64,000 nucleotides of DNA from a virus. The DNA lies in IMG/VR virus record IMGVR_UViG_3300045988_062804, one strand, 5' to 3'. The notes beneath the pieces are model-generated. The model did not search any database and was not told where the DNA came from. It worked only from the letters and a program-made list of their open reading frames with translations. Below are positions 33,966-43,600 of the stretch, piece by piece. The translations under genes and the position numbers were made by a program. The first letter of the stretch is position 1, and the number at the start of each line of letters is the position of its first letter.

Positions 33966-34272
33966 GAAGTTACTGTGGCTGGTAATACTATGTCTTATAG
34001 GAATACTAGCCTGGACATGGTTGACTCCAACTAAGGAACACCAACCTATACCTAACTATGAAGAATTAGTTAACCATATTGATTCTTTGAACGGTGAAAT
34101 AAGTTTGCTCAAACTTGAGAGAGATTCATTACATAATGTAATAGATTCCTCTAAAGTTAAAGTTGATGTAATTGAACATTGGTATGAAAAAGAGCTTACT
34201 GATATCACTAATCAGTCTATTGCCGATGATGTGGTGTTCTTCACAGAATACCTATCCGAAGTTGGTAAATGA
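33958..34272 (+). CDS. N-terminal TM + coiled-coil protein (i-spanin-like topology)
   Basis: MSKKLLWLVILCLIGILAWTWL followed by a helical region. Confidence 0.45.
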   Translation: MSKKLLWLVILCLIGILAWTWLTPTKEHQPIPNYEELVNHIDSLNGEISLLKLERDSLHNVIDSSKVKVDVIEHWYEKELTDITNQSIADDVVFFTEYLSEVGK

Positions 34273-34597
34273 TTCATTAGTAGTAATTACGCCTCAACAG
34301 TTAAAGGCAACCAATCTAATATTCTTGGAACATAAGAAGTTAAAGCTGGAAATTCCAGAGCTTAAGAAGCAATTAACATCTTATGAAAGTTTGATTAACT
34401 CTTATGAAAAGACTGACTCTGTAAGGAATGCACAGATTAAAAGACTTATGCTTCATGCACAAGCTTCTGAGCAAGTAATGCAGAATCAGCTTAGAGAGAT
34501 TAATAAACTTGAATCCAAGAAGAAACTCTATAGGGGTTTAACGATTGGTGGATTTACTGTTAGTGCAGTCCTTCTAATAACACTACTACTGAAGTGA
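34184..34597 (+). CDS. lipoprotein-signal protein with C-terminal TM helix (u-spanin-like topology)
   Basis: MKKSLLISLISLLPMMWCSSQ (a lipobox-like Cys) and C-terminal LTIGGFTVSAVLLITLLLK. Overlaps the upstream gene out of frame. Confidence 0.4.
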   Translation: MKKSLLISLISLLPMMWCSSQNTYPKLVNDSLVVITPQQLKATNLIFLEHKKLKLEIPELKKQLTSYESLINSYEKTDSVRNAQIKRLMLHAQASEQVMQNQLREINKLESKKKLYRGLTIGGFTVSAVLLITLLLK

Positions 34598-34755
34598 AGT
34601 ATACAGTAGGAGCAATGGTTTTATTGTTCATAGTTGTTATACATTTTTTATTTGTTATCCCAGACCTTCTGCTGGTATTACTGATACTGAATGTAATAGT
34701 GAACTTAGATTGGATATCAAACAAGATTGTTAAACTGTTAAAAAGACAAGTATGA
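34594..34755 (+). CDS. small two-TM protein (holin-like size)
   Basis: GTGA/ATGA coupled on both sides (alternative ATG at 34615); MVLLFIVVIHFLFVIPDLLLVLLILNVIV. Confidence 0.4.
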   Translation: MKYTVGAMVLLFIVVIHFLFVIPDLLLVLLILNVIVNLDWISNKIVKLLKRQV

Positions 34756-34949
34756 ATTTCACAGACATTTTTAAAGGTAAAAACCTCATAGCTTTGATAG
34801 CTGCTGTCGTTGTGTGTGTTCTATTGTCAGCATTCGGGGTACCAAAGATAGCTATATATGTGGTTATGTTCGCTCTGGGATGCAACAATAAGAACTTTGC
34901 GCAATGGGTGGAGGACAAAATCATAATTCCATTTAAGAGGTTAGTATAA
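34752..34949 (+). CDS. small two-TM protein (65 aa, holin-like size)
   Basis: LIALIAAVVVCVLLSAFGVPKIAIYVVMFALG. Confidence 0.45.
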   Translation: MNFTDIFKGKNLIALIAAVVVCVLLSAFGVPKIAIYVVMFALGCNNKNFAQWVEDKIIIPFKRLV

Positions 34950-35009
34950 TCGTATTATCTGGTAAATAGCTAAAGAGTCTGCTAGTTCATACTTAGACTC
35001 AGGTATTCA

Positions 35010-35183
35010 ATGGCAAAGCAACTAAGTAGTTCCTTCGATAAAGACAAGGATGGAGTTAGATATCAACATCCAGAGCGTACATGCAAGGAGTGTGCTAAAT
35101 ACCCCTGTTTCGGAGGTCAAGAGGACAAGACTTGTGACTATGCCAAATACGGTTGTAGGAAATACAAAGATAAGGAAGATTAA
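35010..35183 (+). CDS. small Cys-rich protein (57 aa)
   Basis: CKECAKYPCFGG...CDYAKYGC. Confidence 0.35.
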   Translation: MAKQLSSSFDKDKDGVRYQHPERTCKECAKYPCFGGQEDKTCDYAKYGCRKYKDKED

Positions 35184-35201
35184 TTATTAATTCTTATCAT
35201 T

Positions 35202-35423
35202 ATGATAGAATGTAACATCTACTCTGGACGTAGGGGAAGGATAGATTACCAGGAAACTGGTAACTTTGAATCCTTATTGGAAGCTGAACTCTATGCTCAG
35301 GAAATCTCTGAAATGGATGCTAATGAATATGGCTATCCTATTGAAGAGTGCGAATGGCTGGCTGTAGAGACTGCTACTGATAACATTCCTTACGACGAAC
35401 GAGTAGGAGTAATGTATCTGTAA
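35202..35423 (+). CDS. hypothetical protein (73 aa)
   Basis: ORF; acidic. Confidence 0.5.
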   Translation: MIECNIYSGRRGRIDYQETGNFESLLEAELYAQEISEMDANEYGYPIEECEWLAVETATDNIPYDERVGVMYL

Positions 35424-35720
35424 ATGGAAACAATCCATGCCAAGTTGATAACCTTACGAGAAGATGTGGGTGGTTATATAATCTATGTCTTCCAGAATTT
35501 AGCTAATGGGGCTTATGAAATGATAACTCGATTACCTAGGTGGGAATCTCCAGTTCTCAAGATAGGTGATGTGGGGTTTCTAAAGTACAATGAGGTAATA
35601 GCTGGTGAGGATACTTGGTATGACTCTGCAACAGGTCAGAAAGTACCTTACCGCTTTACTGGAGTTTATTTTATGGACTTTGTTTATGAGAAACCAGCGG
35701 AATCAGATTTAATATTGTAA
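35424..35720 (+). CDS. hypothetical protein (98 aa)
   Basis: Starts on the base after the upstream stop. Confidence 0.5.
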   Translation: METIHAKLITLREDVGGYIIYVFQNLANGAYEMITRLPRWESPVLKIGDVGFLKYNEVIAGEDTWYDSATGQKVPYRFTGVYFMDFVYEKPAESDLIL

Positions 35721-35784
35721 ATAAATAGATGAATGAATTAAAGAGATTATTTTATATGATAAAGACATAATATAGAATAACAAT

Positions 35785-36624
35785 ATGATGAAGGAAAAAT
35801 TGGCTGCCGCTATTGCTAAGAAGAATAATGACATTAACACTTTCACATGGAAGGGTCGCAAGGTTGAAGTAAATGGACAATTCATACAAGAAGAAAGACG
35901 ACTTGTTGATTGTTCTGATAAAGAACTAAGAACGTTCTATAACCATTGCGAATCAATGCTGTATAATGATAGCAAAGAACATCCAGGTCGATATGTTCTA
36001 TTGGACATTATTAAAGACCAAAGAGAAAGATGTAATACTGAGTTATTCCTTCGCTGGTTAGAGCAAGATAGAGGTATTCCAAGATTTACGTTCTTACCCT
36101 CGTTGAGAGTGTTCCTTGATAACAACAAAGGTATTGATACCAAGGAAACATTCATCTCTGAGGCTTTAGTAGGGGACTGTCCTGTGGAGTTCGCGAGACT
36201 TCCTATTGAACTAGTCCTTGAAGGCTGTCTTGATAAGTTGGGTAAATTTAACAAGCAGCATATTACATTAACATTTATCTTAAAACAAGGTCTATGGTTT
36301 ACGCAGCAGGAGTCTAAGGACTTGACTGAGAAGACTGCAAACGGAGAATATCGTGAGAAGGCTGAAGTAGCCAGAGAGCGTCTTGGTCTTAATCCTACTG
36401 CAAACCTGTATATGACACCGAAAGGTCTATCATTCACTCAACTGCGTGCTATGGTAAACCTTAAGAGTAAGAAATACTCTGAACTTACTACTGCCCAACT
36501 GGAAACATTGAGGAACAGAATCTTATTCTCTTTGGAGGATGAAGTTAAGTTCCATATCAATCAGTGGGAAACCCGTAAGAACCAAATTAAAATGGTTTGT
36601 GATGCTAAAGGTTATACTCTTTAA
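35785..36624 (+). CDS. hypothetical protein (279 aa)
   Basis: ORF; no motif recognised. Confidence 0.6.
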   Translation: MMKEKLAAAIAKKNNDINTFTWKGRKVEVNGQFIQEERRLVDCSDKELRTFYNHCESMLYNDSKEHPGRYVLLDIIKDQRERCNTELFLRWLEQDRGIPRFTFLPSLRVFLDNNKGIDTKETFISEALVGDCPVEFARLPIELVLEGCLDKLGKFNKQHITLTFILKQGLWFTQQESKDLTEKTANGEYREKAEVARERLGLNPTANLYMTPKGLSFTQLRAMVNLKSKKYSELTTAQLETLRNRILFSLEDEVKFHINQWETRKNQIKMVCDAKGYTL

Positions 36625-36659
36625 CATCTATACCCATCTACATTGGTTCTACATTTACA

Positions 36660-36698
36660 CTCCTGAGTTTTACTCACTCATCATAGGAGTTTTGTTTA
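36660..36698 (+). terminator. terminator candidate
   Basis: ACTCCT ... AGGAGT followed by TTTGTTT. Confidence 0.4.
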
Positions 36699-36750
36699 CA
36701 TAACTATCAATAGAATTAAGGAGTAAATTCAAGGGTAAAATTGATAGTAT

Positions 36751-38019
36751 ATGGCAGACTTGTTTGGAAATCTAAGTAGAACTGAACGCCAAGAACAAGG
36801 TGTTCAACGATGGGTAGATAACAAGTTGTGTGGGACTTTAAACTGGGCAACTGGTGTAGGTAAAACTAGAGGAGGTCTAATGGCTATTAGTCGGTTCTTA
36901 AAGAAGAATCCAACTAAGTCTGTTATTATAGTTGTCCCAAGTGAACCTATTCAAAGACAATGGAATCAAGAACTAATTGACTGGAACTTATTCCAACAAT
37001 GCTCGGTGAAGACTATGAATGATACATCAGTTAATAAGTATAGTTGTACTTTACTCGTAATTGATGAAATTCATAAAGTAGGCGCACCCACACTACTGAA
37101 CATATTTAAAAACATCCAGTATACAATAATCTTAGGGTTAACTGCGACCTTTGAGAGATTGGATGGTAAAGATGAAATTATAAGTAAGAAGTGTCCTATT
37201 GTGGATACCATTTCTGTAGAAGAAGCCATAGAGAATAAATGGCTCGCTGATTATCGAGAATATGAGGTACTTATTGAGCCAGAGGACATTGATGTCTATA
37301 AGGAGGTCAACAAGGAGTTCTATGAGCATTTCTCATTCTTTAACTATGACTTTAACCTTGCTATGAAGTGTGCAACTGATTGGAAGAGAAGGTCTGAGTT
37401 AGCTAAAGAGAGATGTAGAGAAGACCAAAGTGAAGACTTTAAAACTGTTAATAAGCAGATTTTAGTTCATGCTATGGGCTTTAGTAGAACCTTACAGGCT
37501 CGTAAGAAATACATATATAATCATCCTAAGAAGATTGAACTTACCAACTTAATTCTGGAGCATAGACAAGACAAGAAGTGTATAACTTTTAGTGCTACTA
37601 TAGCTATGGCTGAGAAGATTAAGTATGGTGCTGTATATTCTGGTAAAGATTCTACTAAGAAGGGTAGGATGAGTTTACAAGAGTTTGTACAGCAGGATGG
37701 TGGCGTACTGAATACTGTTATGAAACTGAATGAAGGGTTTAATTGTCCTGACATCAGTGTGTCAGTAATACTGGGCTTTAATAGTAGTTCTACTACTAAG
37801 AAACAGAGAGTGGGTCGAGTTATCCGTCAGAAGGAGGGCAAAGTTGCCGAAGTCTTCACTTTAGTTCTTAAGGGAACTGTAGAGGAGGAATGGTTTAGGA
37901 AGTCTACCAGCACTGGAAGATATATCCCCATTAGTGAGGAAAATCTTATAGATGTCCTTGAGGGAAGACCATTTAATCCTAAGAAGAAGAAGCAAACTAA
38001 AATGATGTTTAGATTCTAA
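36751..38019 (+). CDS. SF2 DEAD/DEAH-box DNA helicase
   Basis: Walker A ATGVGKTRGG, LLVIDEIHKV (DEIH), LTATF, QRVGRVIRQ. Confidence 0.8.
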   Translation: MADLFGNLSRTERQEQGVQRWVDNKLCGTLNWATGVGKTRGGLMAISRFLKKNPTKSVIIVVPSEPIQRQWNQELIDWNLFQQCSVKTMNDTSVNKYSCTLLVIDEIHKVGAPTLLNIFKNIQYTIILGLTATFERLDGKDEIISKKCPIVDTISVEEAIENKWLADYREYEVLIEPEDIDVYKEVNKEFYEHFSFFNYDFNLAMKCATDWKRRSELAKERCREDQSEDFKTVNKQILVHAMGFSRTLQARKKYIYNHPKKIELTNLILEHRQDKKCITFSATIAMAEKIKYGAVYSGKDSTKKGRMSLQEFVQQDGGVLNTVMKLNEGFNCPDISVSVILGFNSSSTTKKQRVGRVIRQKEGKVAEVFTLVLKGTVEEEWFRKSTSTGRYIPISEENLIDVLEGRPFNPKKKKQTKMMFRF

Positions 38020-38201
38020 TGTTCAATGTAACCTATTACGAACAGTCCAACAATGCAGTTGATGTTAAAGTTGATGCTATACAGTTCCTACATCTATTGG
38101 AACTATGTGCAGCTGGCAGGTACATCAGAGCCATAACAGCGGACTTTCAAGGTAAGAGCATAGACTGTAATAAGCTATTACGTAGCTTAAAGTTTGTGTA
38201 G
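38019..38201 (+). CDS. hypothetical protein (60 aa)
   Basis: TAATG-coupled short ORF. Confidence 0.4.
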   Translation: MFNVTYYEQSNNAVDVKVDAIQFLHLLELCAAGRYIRAITADFQGKSIDCNKLLRSLKFV

Positions 38202-38205
38202 ATTC

Positions 38206-38238
38206 ATTTGGTAATTTAAGAGATTTTTAGTATCTTTG
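38206..38238 (+). promoter_or_regulatory. Bacteroidota-type promoter (-33 TTTG / -7 TAnnTTTG)
   Basis: TTTG near 38206 and GTATCTTTGTA with TATCTTTG at 38231-38238, 22 nt upstream of the ATG at 38260. Confidence 0.55.
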
Positions 38239-38259
38239 TACTCTTAACACGTTAATAAG

Positions 38260-38460
38260 ATGACAACAGAGAGAATGTTAGAGTTGATTTGTCTCACAAA
38301 CTTCTTAAAGAGGGAGCTGTCTCAAGCTAGTAACAATCCGTACTACGCTACAGTGCTAAATAGGTACTATAACATGGATGGCATTCAAAATAGAGCAAGT
38401 GAGTTAGAATCAGAACTCTTGAACCCGTATGTAATTGACAACGCTGAGAAATCAGAATAA
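38260..38460 (+). CDS. hypothetical protein (66 aa)
   Basis: ORF just downstream of the promoter box. Confidence 0.5.
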   Translation: MTTERMLELICLTNFLKRELSQASNNPYYATVLNRYYNMDGIQNRASELESELLNPYVIDNAEKSE

Positions 38461-38510
38461 ACACTTTACAGTTAGTAGATTGTTTAGTTATTAGCTAACA
38501 ATTTATTTAA

Positions 38511-39131
38511 TTGGAAAAACTAAGTTTAACAGTAGACAATCAATTAGTAATGATGGAGAAGTATAGACTAACAGCAGAAGAGGTCTTACTAATTGATTTA
38601 TTATTTCTAGCTAGTATAGAAGAAGGGCATAAAGAATATCTAGTTAAGTACTTTACTATACCTGTAACTAGAACCAATCTTAGAGATTTACTATTAAGTC
38701 TCCAGGCTAAGGGAATCATTACTAAGCAGTATAAGGTTCCTGATAAGGGTCAGAAGTTTGACCCTGAATGTGTTATATTCAACCAGAACTTTCTTAATAA
38801 TTATAGGAAATTTAGTGGTGATTTAGGCGCAGAGTTCTTAATGACTTATCCTCACAATGGACTAATTAATGGAGTTGAAGTTCCGTTAAACAACTGGGCT
38901 AAGAAATTTAGTACAGAAGAAGAGTTCTATTATGCCTATGGTAAATCCATAGGCTGGAAGCAGGATAAGCACAATGAAGTATTGGAACTCATTAGGTGGG
39001 CTAAGGATAACAACTGTAATCTTCTTAACATGAATATTGCCGACTTTATGATAAGTAAAATCTGGCAGAATATTGCAGAGCTTAAGAACGGAGATGGGAC
39101 TATGAGGTTTGATACTATCAAGAGTATTTAA
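38511..39131 (+). CDS. hypothetical protein, possible replication organiser/helicase loader (by position only)
   Basis: TTG start in the ORF track (alternative ATG at 38550); immediately precedes the DnaB-like helicase. Confidence 0.45.
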   Translation: MEKLSLTVDNQLVMMEKYRLTAEEVLLIDLLFLASIEEGHKEYLVKYFTIPVTRTNLRDLLLSLQAKGIITKQYKVPDKGQKFDPECVIFNQNFLNNYRKFSGDLGAEFLMTYPHNGLINGVEVPLNNWAKKFSTEEEFYYAYGKSIGWKQDKHNEVLELIRWAKDNNCNLLNMNIADFMISKIWQNIAELKNGDGTMRFDTIKSI

Positions 39132-40231
39132 TGGGTAGGATAACTAAGAATTTAAAGGAGTTAATTGATAGAGGTAGGAAAGGAGAGAATCATGCTTTAT
39201 CAATGGGTCTTCCTAAACTAGAGAGATTTGTGGATGGTGTAGCACAAGAGACATATTACTTAATAGCTGGTGGTACTGGCTCTGGTAAGACTTCTTTTGC
39301 ATTACATTCATTCGTCTATAAGCCTATAATGGAGAATATTGACAATTCAGACTTCCATATTATATATTTCAGTTTAGAAATGACTGCTGAGCAACTGCTT
39401 GGCAAGATTCTATCTATTTATATATATGAGACATTTGGTGTTGAATTATCCTTTAAGGAGCTACTCTCCAGAAGTAAAGACACAACTCTGTCCGATATGG
39501 ACTATGAATTAGTATGTCAATCCTTAGAGATGCTTGATAAGATTGAATCTCACATGATAATATATGATAAGCCTTTGAATAACCAGCGCATGGTAGACTT
39601 CCTTATGGAATCCCTAAAGCAGTTTGGTAAATTCCAGGGCGATACATATACTCTGTTTAGACCCAATCACATCATATTAGTTATTCTAGACCATATTGGT
39701 TTAGCTAGACCTTCTATTGGTAATACCAAGAAGGATGAGATGGATGCTATGTCGTCTTCACTAGTTTCATTTAGAAATAAGTGTAAGATTAGTCCTGTGG
39801 TGGTAATGCAGGTAAATAGAGGTTCCTCTAATGTGGAGAGAAGGAAGCTAAATTTCCAGGAACTTCAGTTGGACGATTTAAAGGGAACTGGTAATCCAGC
39901 AGAGGATGCTAACATAGTATTAGCATTATTTTATCCTTTTAGAGAGAAGATGTCTTCGTATAGAGGATATGACATAAAACAAATTGGAGAGAATTTTAGA
40001 AGTGCAGTAGTATTAAAGAATAGATGGGGTGCAGCAGACATTGCTGTAGGTCTCGGATTCTATGGTAAGACTGGCTTGTTTAGAGAACTTCCGATTGCAA
40101 CCAAGATTACAAACTATGATAAGTATTTAACCCCTGATTGGTTAATTACTGATTCATTAGAAGATTCATGCCAAGAGATTACTCAAGAAGAACAACAAGA
40201 TTCTAGTTCAAAAATGACTTTAGTTCTATAG
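39131..40231 (+). CDS. DnaB-like replicative helicase (RecA-type C-terminal domain)
   Basis: Walker A AGGTGSGKTSFAL, Walker B LVILDHIGL, VVMQVNR. Confidence 0.75.
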   Translation: MGRITKNLKELIDRGRKGENHALSMGLPKLERFVDGVAQETYYLIAGGTGSGKTSFALHSFVYKPIMENIDNSDFHIIYFSLEMTAEQLLGKILSIYIYETFGVELSFKELLSRSKDTTLSDMDYELVCQSLEMLDKIESHMIIYDKPLNNQRMVDFLMESLKQFGKFQGDTYTLFRPNHIILVILDHIGLARPSIGNTKKDEMDAMSSSLVSFRNKCKISPVVVMQVNRGSSNVERRKLNFQELQLDDLKGTGNPAEDANIVLALFYPFREKMSSYRGYDIKQIGENFRSAVVLKNRWGAADIAVGLGFYGKTGLFRELPIATKITNYDKYLTPDWLITDSLEDSCQEITQEEQQDSSSKMTLVL

Positions 40232-40234
40232 TAA

Positions 40235-40933
40235 ATGGCAGCAGAAACTATTGCGATTGTTGGTGAGAGTGGTACTGGTAAGAGTACTTGTTTAAGAAAT
40301 TTAAACCCAGAAGAAACCTTCTTGATTTCTACTACTGGTAAGCCCTTGCCTTTTAAGGGATATAAGAAGAAATATAAAGAGATTAAGAAGGAAGGCTCTG
40401 AATGGGTTGGTAACTACTATGTTAGTTCTAAGTATGACAAAATCATTAACATCTTGAAGATTGTTAATCTAAAGATGCCTCATATTAAGCAAGTTATCAT
40501 TGATGATTGGCAGTATATGTTGAGTTATGAGTTTGTTGATAGGGCAACTGAAGTAGGTTATACTAAGTTTACTGAGTTAGCTCAGCACGCTATGGAAGTA
40601 CTTAGGTATTCAGAATCTATGAGGGATGATTGCAAAATGATATTCCTTACTCACAGTGAGAATGTCGGCGATGCCATGAATCCTAAATATTCAATCAAGA
40701 CTATTGGTAAGTTATTGGCAGAGAAAGTTACTCTGGAAGGTCTATTCACCTATGTATTCTTTACTAAGGTACAAGAAGGTGATTCTGGCAGAATGGAGTA
40801 TAAGTTCCTTACTAATACTGACGGAGAGTGTGTAGCAAAGACTCCGATGGGTATGTTCGATGATTTGTTAATTGACAATGACTTGAACGAGATTATTAAG
40901 GTAATTGATGCTTATAACAACGACGAGGAATGA
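40235..40933 (+). CDS. AAA_24/Sak4-like ATPase
   Basis: Walker A IVGESGTGKST, Walker B VIIDDW. Confidence 0.6.
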   Translation: MAAETIAIVGESGTGKSTCLRNLNPEETFLISTTGKPLPFKGYKKKYKEIKKEGSEWVGNYYVSSKYDKIINILKIVNLKMPHIKQVIIDDWQYMLSYEFVDRATEVGYTKFTELAQHAMEVLRYSESMRDDCKMIFLTHSENVGDAMNPKYSIKTIGKLLAEKVTLEGLFTYVFFTKVQEGDSGRMEYKFLTNTDGECVAKTPMGMFDDLLIDNDLNEIIKVIDAYNNDEE

Positions 40934-41499
40934 TTATAAAAATGATGATTACCTTTGACTACAATCCTGATACTAAGGAGTGTGTACTTCTAAAGCAGGA
41001 GCAAGTTAAAGAGAAAGCTCAGAAGACAAGCACTAAGGCTGAGGAAGCAGAAGATTCTGCTGAACCTCAGATTACCTTGGAGTCTAACAAATATGTCCTT
41101 AATAAGGCAGCTGCATCCTTAATGGGTGTGGAATGGGAGAATAGGTTGGATATTAAGTATCAGCCTATTGAGAAAGGTGGATTGATGTTCCCTATTATAG
41201 GAACTGATACTGCTTGGAAGACTAAGTCTGGTAACAAGTTAACTAAGAGCCTTACAGTAAGTTGTAGAGGTAATGCAAACGACTTATTGTCTAAATATGG
41301 AGATACATTTACTGTAACTCCGTGGAAAGGACATGATGGTTTGTTCGTGTTAATTGGTAACAAGGACAGGTCTGAAGAAATAAAAGATAATAATATTAAG
41401 ATTAAAGAAGATGAAAACCCAGTGGAGGATTTACCATTGGACACAAGCCTAGATAATGATGAAGCATACGAGATTGATGACTTATCATTTGAAATTTAA
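40930..41499 (+). CDS. hypothetical acidic protein with SSB-like C-terminal tail
   Basis: Ends ...DNDEAYEIDDLSFEI. Confidence 0.5.
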   Translation: MIIKMMITFDYNPDTKECVLLKQEQVKEKAQKTSTKAEEAEDSAEPQITLESNKYVLNKAAASLMGVEWENRLDIKYQPIEKGGLMFPIIGTDTAWKTKSGNKLTKSLTVSCRGNANDLLSKYGDTFTVTPWKGHDGLFVLIGNKDRSEEIKDNNIKIKEDENPVEDLPLDTSLDNDEAYEIDDLSFEI

Positions 41500-41510
41500 T
41501 TTTTAATATT

Positions 41511-42179
41511 ATGGCAGGAATGACATTCAATCTAAATAACGTTAAAGGCACAGCAGTAGTAAGACTGAAAGCATGGGGTATCTATGATGTAGTATTCAAA
41601 GGTATTGAGTTGGCTAAGGGTACAAACAAAGAAGGTAACGAGTGGAAAGCAATGAAGATTAAGTTCTCTGGCGAGGAAGGAATCTTTGAACCTCTTATCT
41701 TCTGTCCTGGTGACAACGGAGGTGAACGTGTAACTGGTGAAACTGGCGGTAAGAAGTGGGAACTTCCTTCTGCTTTGGAACAACTTCAGTTCACTGTATC
41801 TCACGTAATGACAAATCTTGCTCCTGAAATGATGGAGAAGTTTGTTAAGGCTGTATCTGGTCTTACATTGCCTGACGATTTCGAGAAACTGATTGAAATC
41901 ATGAATAAAGCTTTGGCTAAGGCTGTAAACAAACAGACTAAGTTGAAGTTAATTGGAAATAGCAAGGGTTATGCATCTTTGCCTAGCTTCGTTGGTATTA
42001 ACAAGGAAGGTGATGCTTATATCAACAACAACTGGTTGGGTGATACTGTAGCATTCTCTGATTATGAAGTTAAGAAGATGAATGAGCAGAAGAATGCTAA
42101 ACCTACAGCTGTAAAAGATGACGTAGATGCTACTGACGATACAGCAGCAGGTAACGAAGACTTGGATTTTGAAGTATAA
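41511..42179 (+). CDS. putative single-stranded DNA-binding protein
   Basis: Position in the replication module and the acidic tail ...GNEDLDFEV; no OB-fold motif verified. Confidence 0.4.
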   Translation: MAGMTFNLNNVKGTAVVRLKAWGIYDVVFKGIELAKGTNKEGNEWKAMKIKFSGEEGIFEPLIFCPGDNGGERVTGETGGKKWELPSALEQLQFTVSHVMTNLAPEMMEKFVKAVSGLTLPDDFEKLIEIMNKALAKAVNKQTKLKLIGNSKGYASLPSFVGINKEGDAYINNNWLGDTVAFSDYEVKKMNEQKNAKPTAVKDDVDATDDTAAGNEDLDFEV

Positions 42180-42227
42180 TAAATAGTTAGTAACTTTGTG
42201 GTTCTAATACAAACCATATGAATTAAT

Positions 42228-43235
42228 ATGAAACTTGAATTTGAACCTACGATTACTAAGCAATATTTATTAGACAGAGCATCTCAAGAAACATATCTCG
42301 AATATTATTTAGGTATACCTGTTAAAAAAGGTCTATTTAAATCTCCTTTGAGAGCAGACAATAATCCCACCTGCTCCTTTTACAGGAACAAGAGTGGAGA
42401 TATTGTTCTGAAGGACTTTAGTGGTGCATTTTATGGTAATTTTATCAGTGTGGTTATGTACAAGTATGGGCTAACCTATTATAAAGCATTGAGAATGATT
42501 GCCAATGACTTTGGTTACATTAAACATCCTAAACTTAAAAAGAATCCTAAACCTGTTACTATTAGTACGAATGAACTCAAAGAGTGTAAGGAAGCTAATA
42601 TACAGGTAGAAATTCAAGAGTTCTCTAAAGAAGAACTTGAATGGTGGATGCAATTTGGTATTACAGAGAAGATTCTAAAGAAATTTAGGGTCTTCTCTTG
42701 TAAGACCGTATTTCTAAATGGTAATTTCTTTACAACATCTACTAAGAGTTGTCCAATATTTGGATATTATAGGGGTAAGAATGAGAACGAAACAGAATTG
42801 TGGAGAATCTACTTCCCTTTTAATAAGAAGCATGAATTGAGGTTTCTATCTAATTGGAAATCTTTCCTCTTACAGGGTGCTAAACAACTTCCTAAAGAAG
42901 ATGATGTCTTAGTAATAACTAAGAGTCTAAAGGATGTAATGACATTGTATTCTCTCGGAATTACAGCTATTGCTCCAAATTCTGAGAATCTATTCCTAAC
43001 TGAAAGTCAATTCTCTAAATTGAAGAGTAGATTTAAGAGGATTATTGTATTCTATGACAATGACTTAACTGGTCTTCATAACATGAATAAGATTAGAAAG
43101 TCATTTGATGTAGAATGTATGTGGATTCCTCGTAGTTATGGAGCCAAAGATATATCAGACTTTCATAAGATGTATGGACGAGAGAAAACTTTAGAATTAA
43201 TAGAATATGCCAGAAGAAGTAGCAGAAAAACCTAA
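42228..43235 (+). CDS. Toprim-domain DNA primase
   Basis: VLVITKSLKDVMTLYSLGITAIA ... IIVFYDNDLTG (Toprim E ... DxD); N-terminal Cys/His segment. Confidence 0.6.
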   Translation: MKLEFEPTITKQYLLDRASQETYLEYYLGIPVKKGLFKSPLRADNNPTCSFYRNKSGDIVLKDFSGAFYGNFISVVMYKYGLTYYKALRMIANDFGYIKHPKLKKNPKPVTISTNELKECKEANIQVEIQEFSKEELEWWMQFGITEKILKKFRVFSCKTVFLNGNFFTTSTKSCPIFGYYRGKNENETELWRIYFPFNKKHELRFLSNWKSFLLQGAKQLPKEDDVLVITKSLKDVMTLYSLGITAIAPNSENLFLTESQFSKLKSRFKRIIVFYDNDLTGLHNMNKIRKSFDVECMWIPRSYGAKDISDFHKMYGREKTLELIEYARRSSRKT

Positions 43236-43596
43236 GAAGAAACGTAATGGTGCATATGCCAGACGTAAAGGAAACAATTATGAGTTGAAGATTATTAAGG
43301 AACTCACAGAACTAGGATATGCTGGACTAAAATCAGCTAGGTCAGAATCTAAGAACTTAGATAATGACAAGATTGATATAGCAGAAACTATAGACCACTT
43401 ACCTTGTTATGTGCAGTGTAAATGTACCAAGAATACTCCTTCGATTTCAGAAATCATTAAATCGTGTCCTCGTAAGGATAGACCATTGGTGATAGTATGG
43501 AATAAACAAATTAACAAAGAGGTCAATATGGCTTCTGATGGACAGTATGTAATGATGTCCAAAGAATTCTTCTATGATTTAATAAGAAAGAATTAA
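43207..43596 (+). CDS. PD-(D/E)XK nuclease, Holliday-junction-resolvase-like
   Basis: RKGNNYE ... DKIDIA ... VQCK (a G..E / D / Q-x-K pattern). Confidence 0.45.
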   Translation: MPEEVAEKPKKKRNGAYARRKGNNYELKIIKELTELGYAGLKSARSESKNLDNDKIDIAETIDHLPCYVQCKCTKNTPSISEIIKSCPRKDRPLVIVWNKQINKEVNMASDGQYVMMSKEFFYDLIRKN

Positions 43597-43600
43597 AGCT

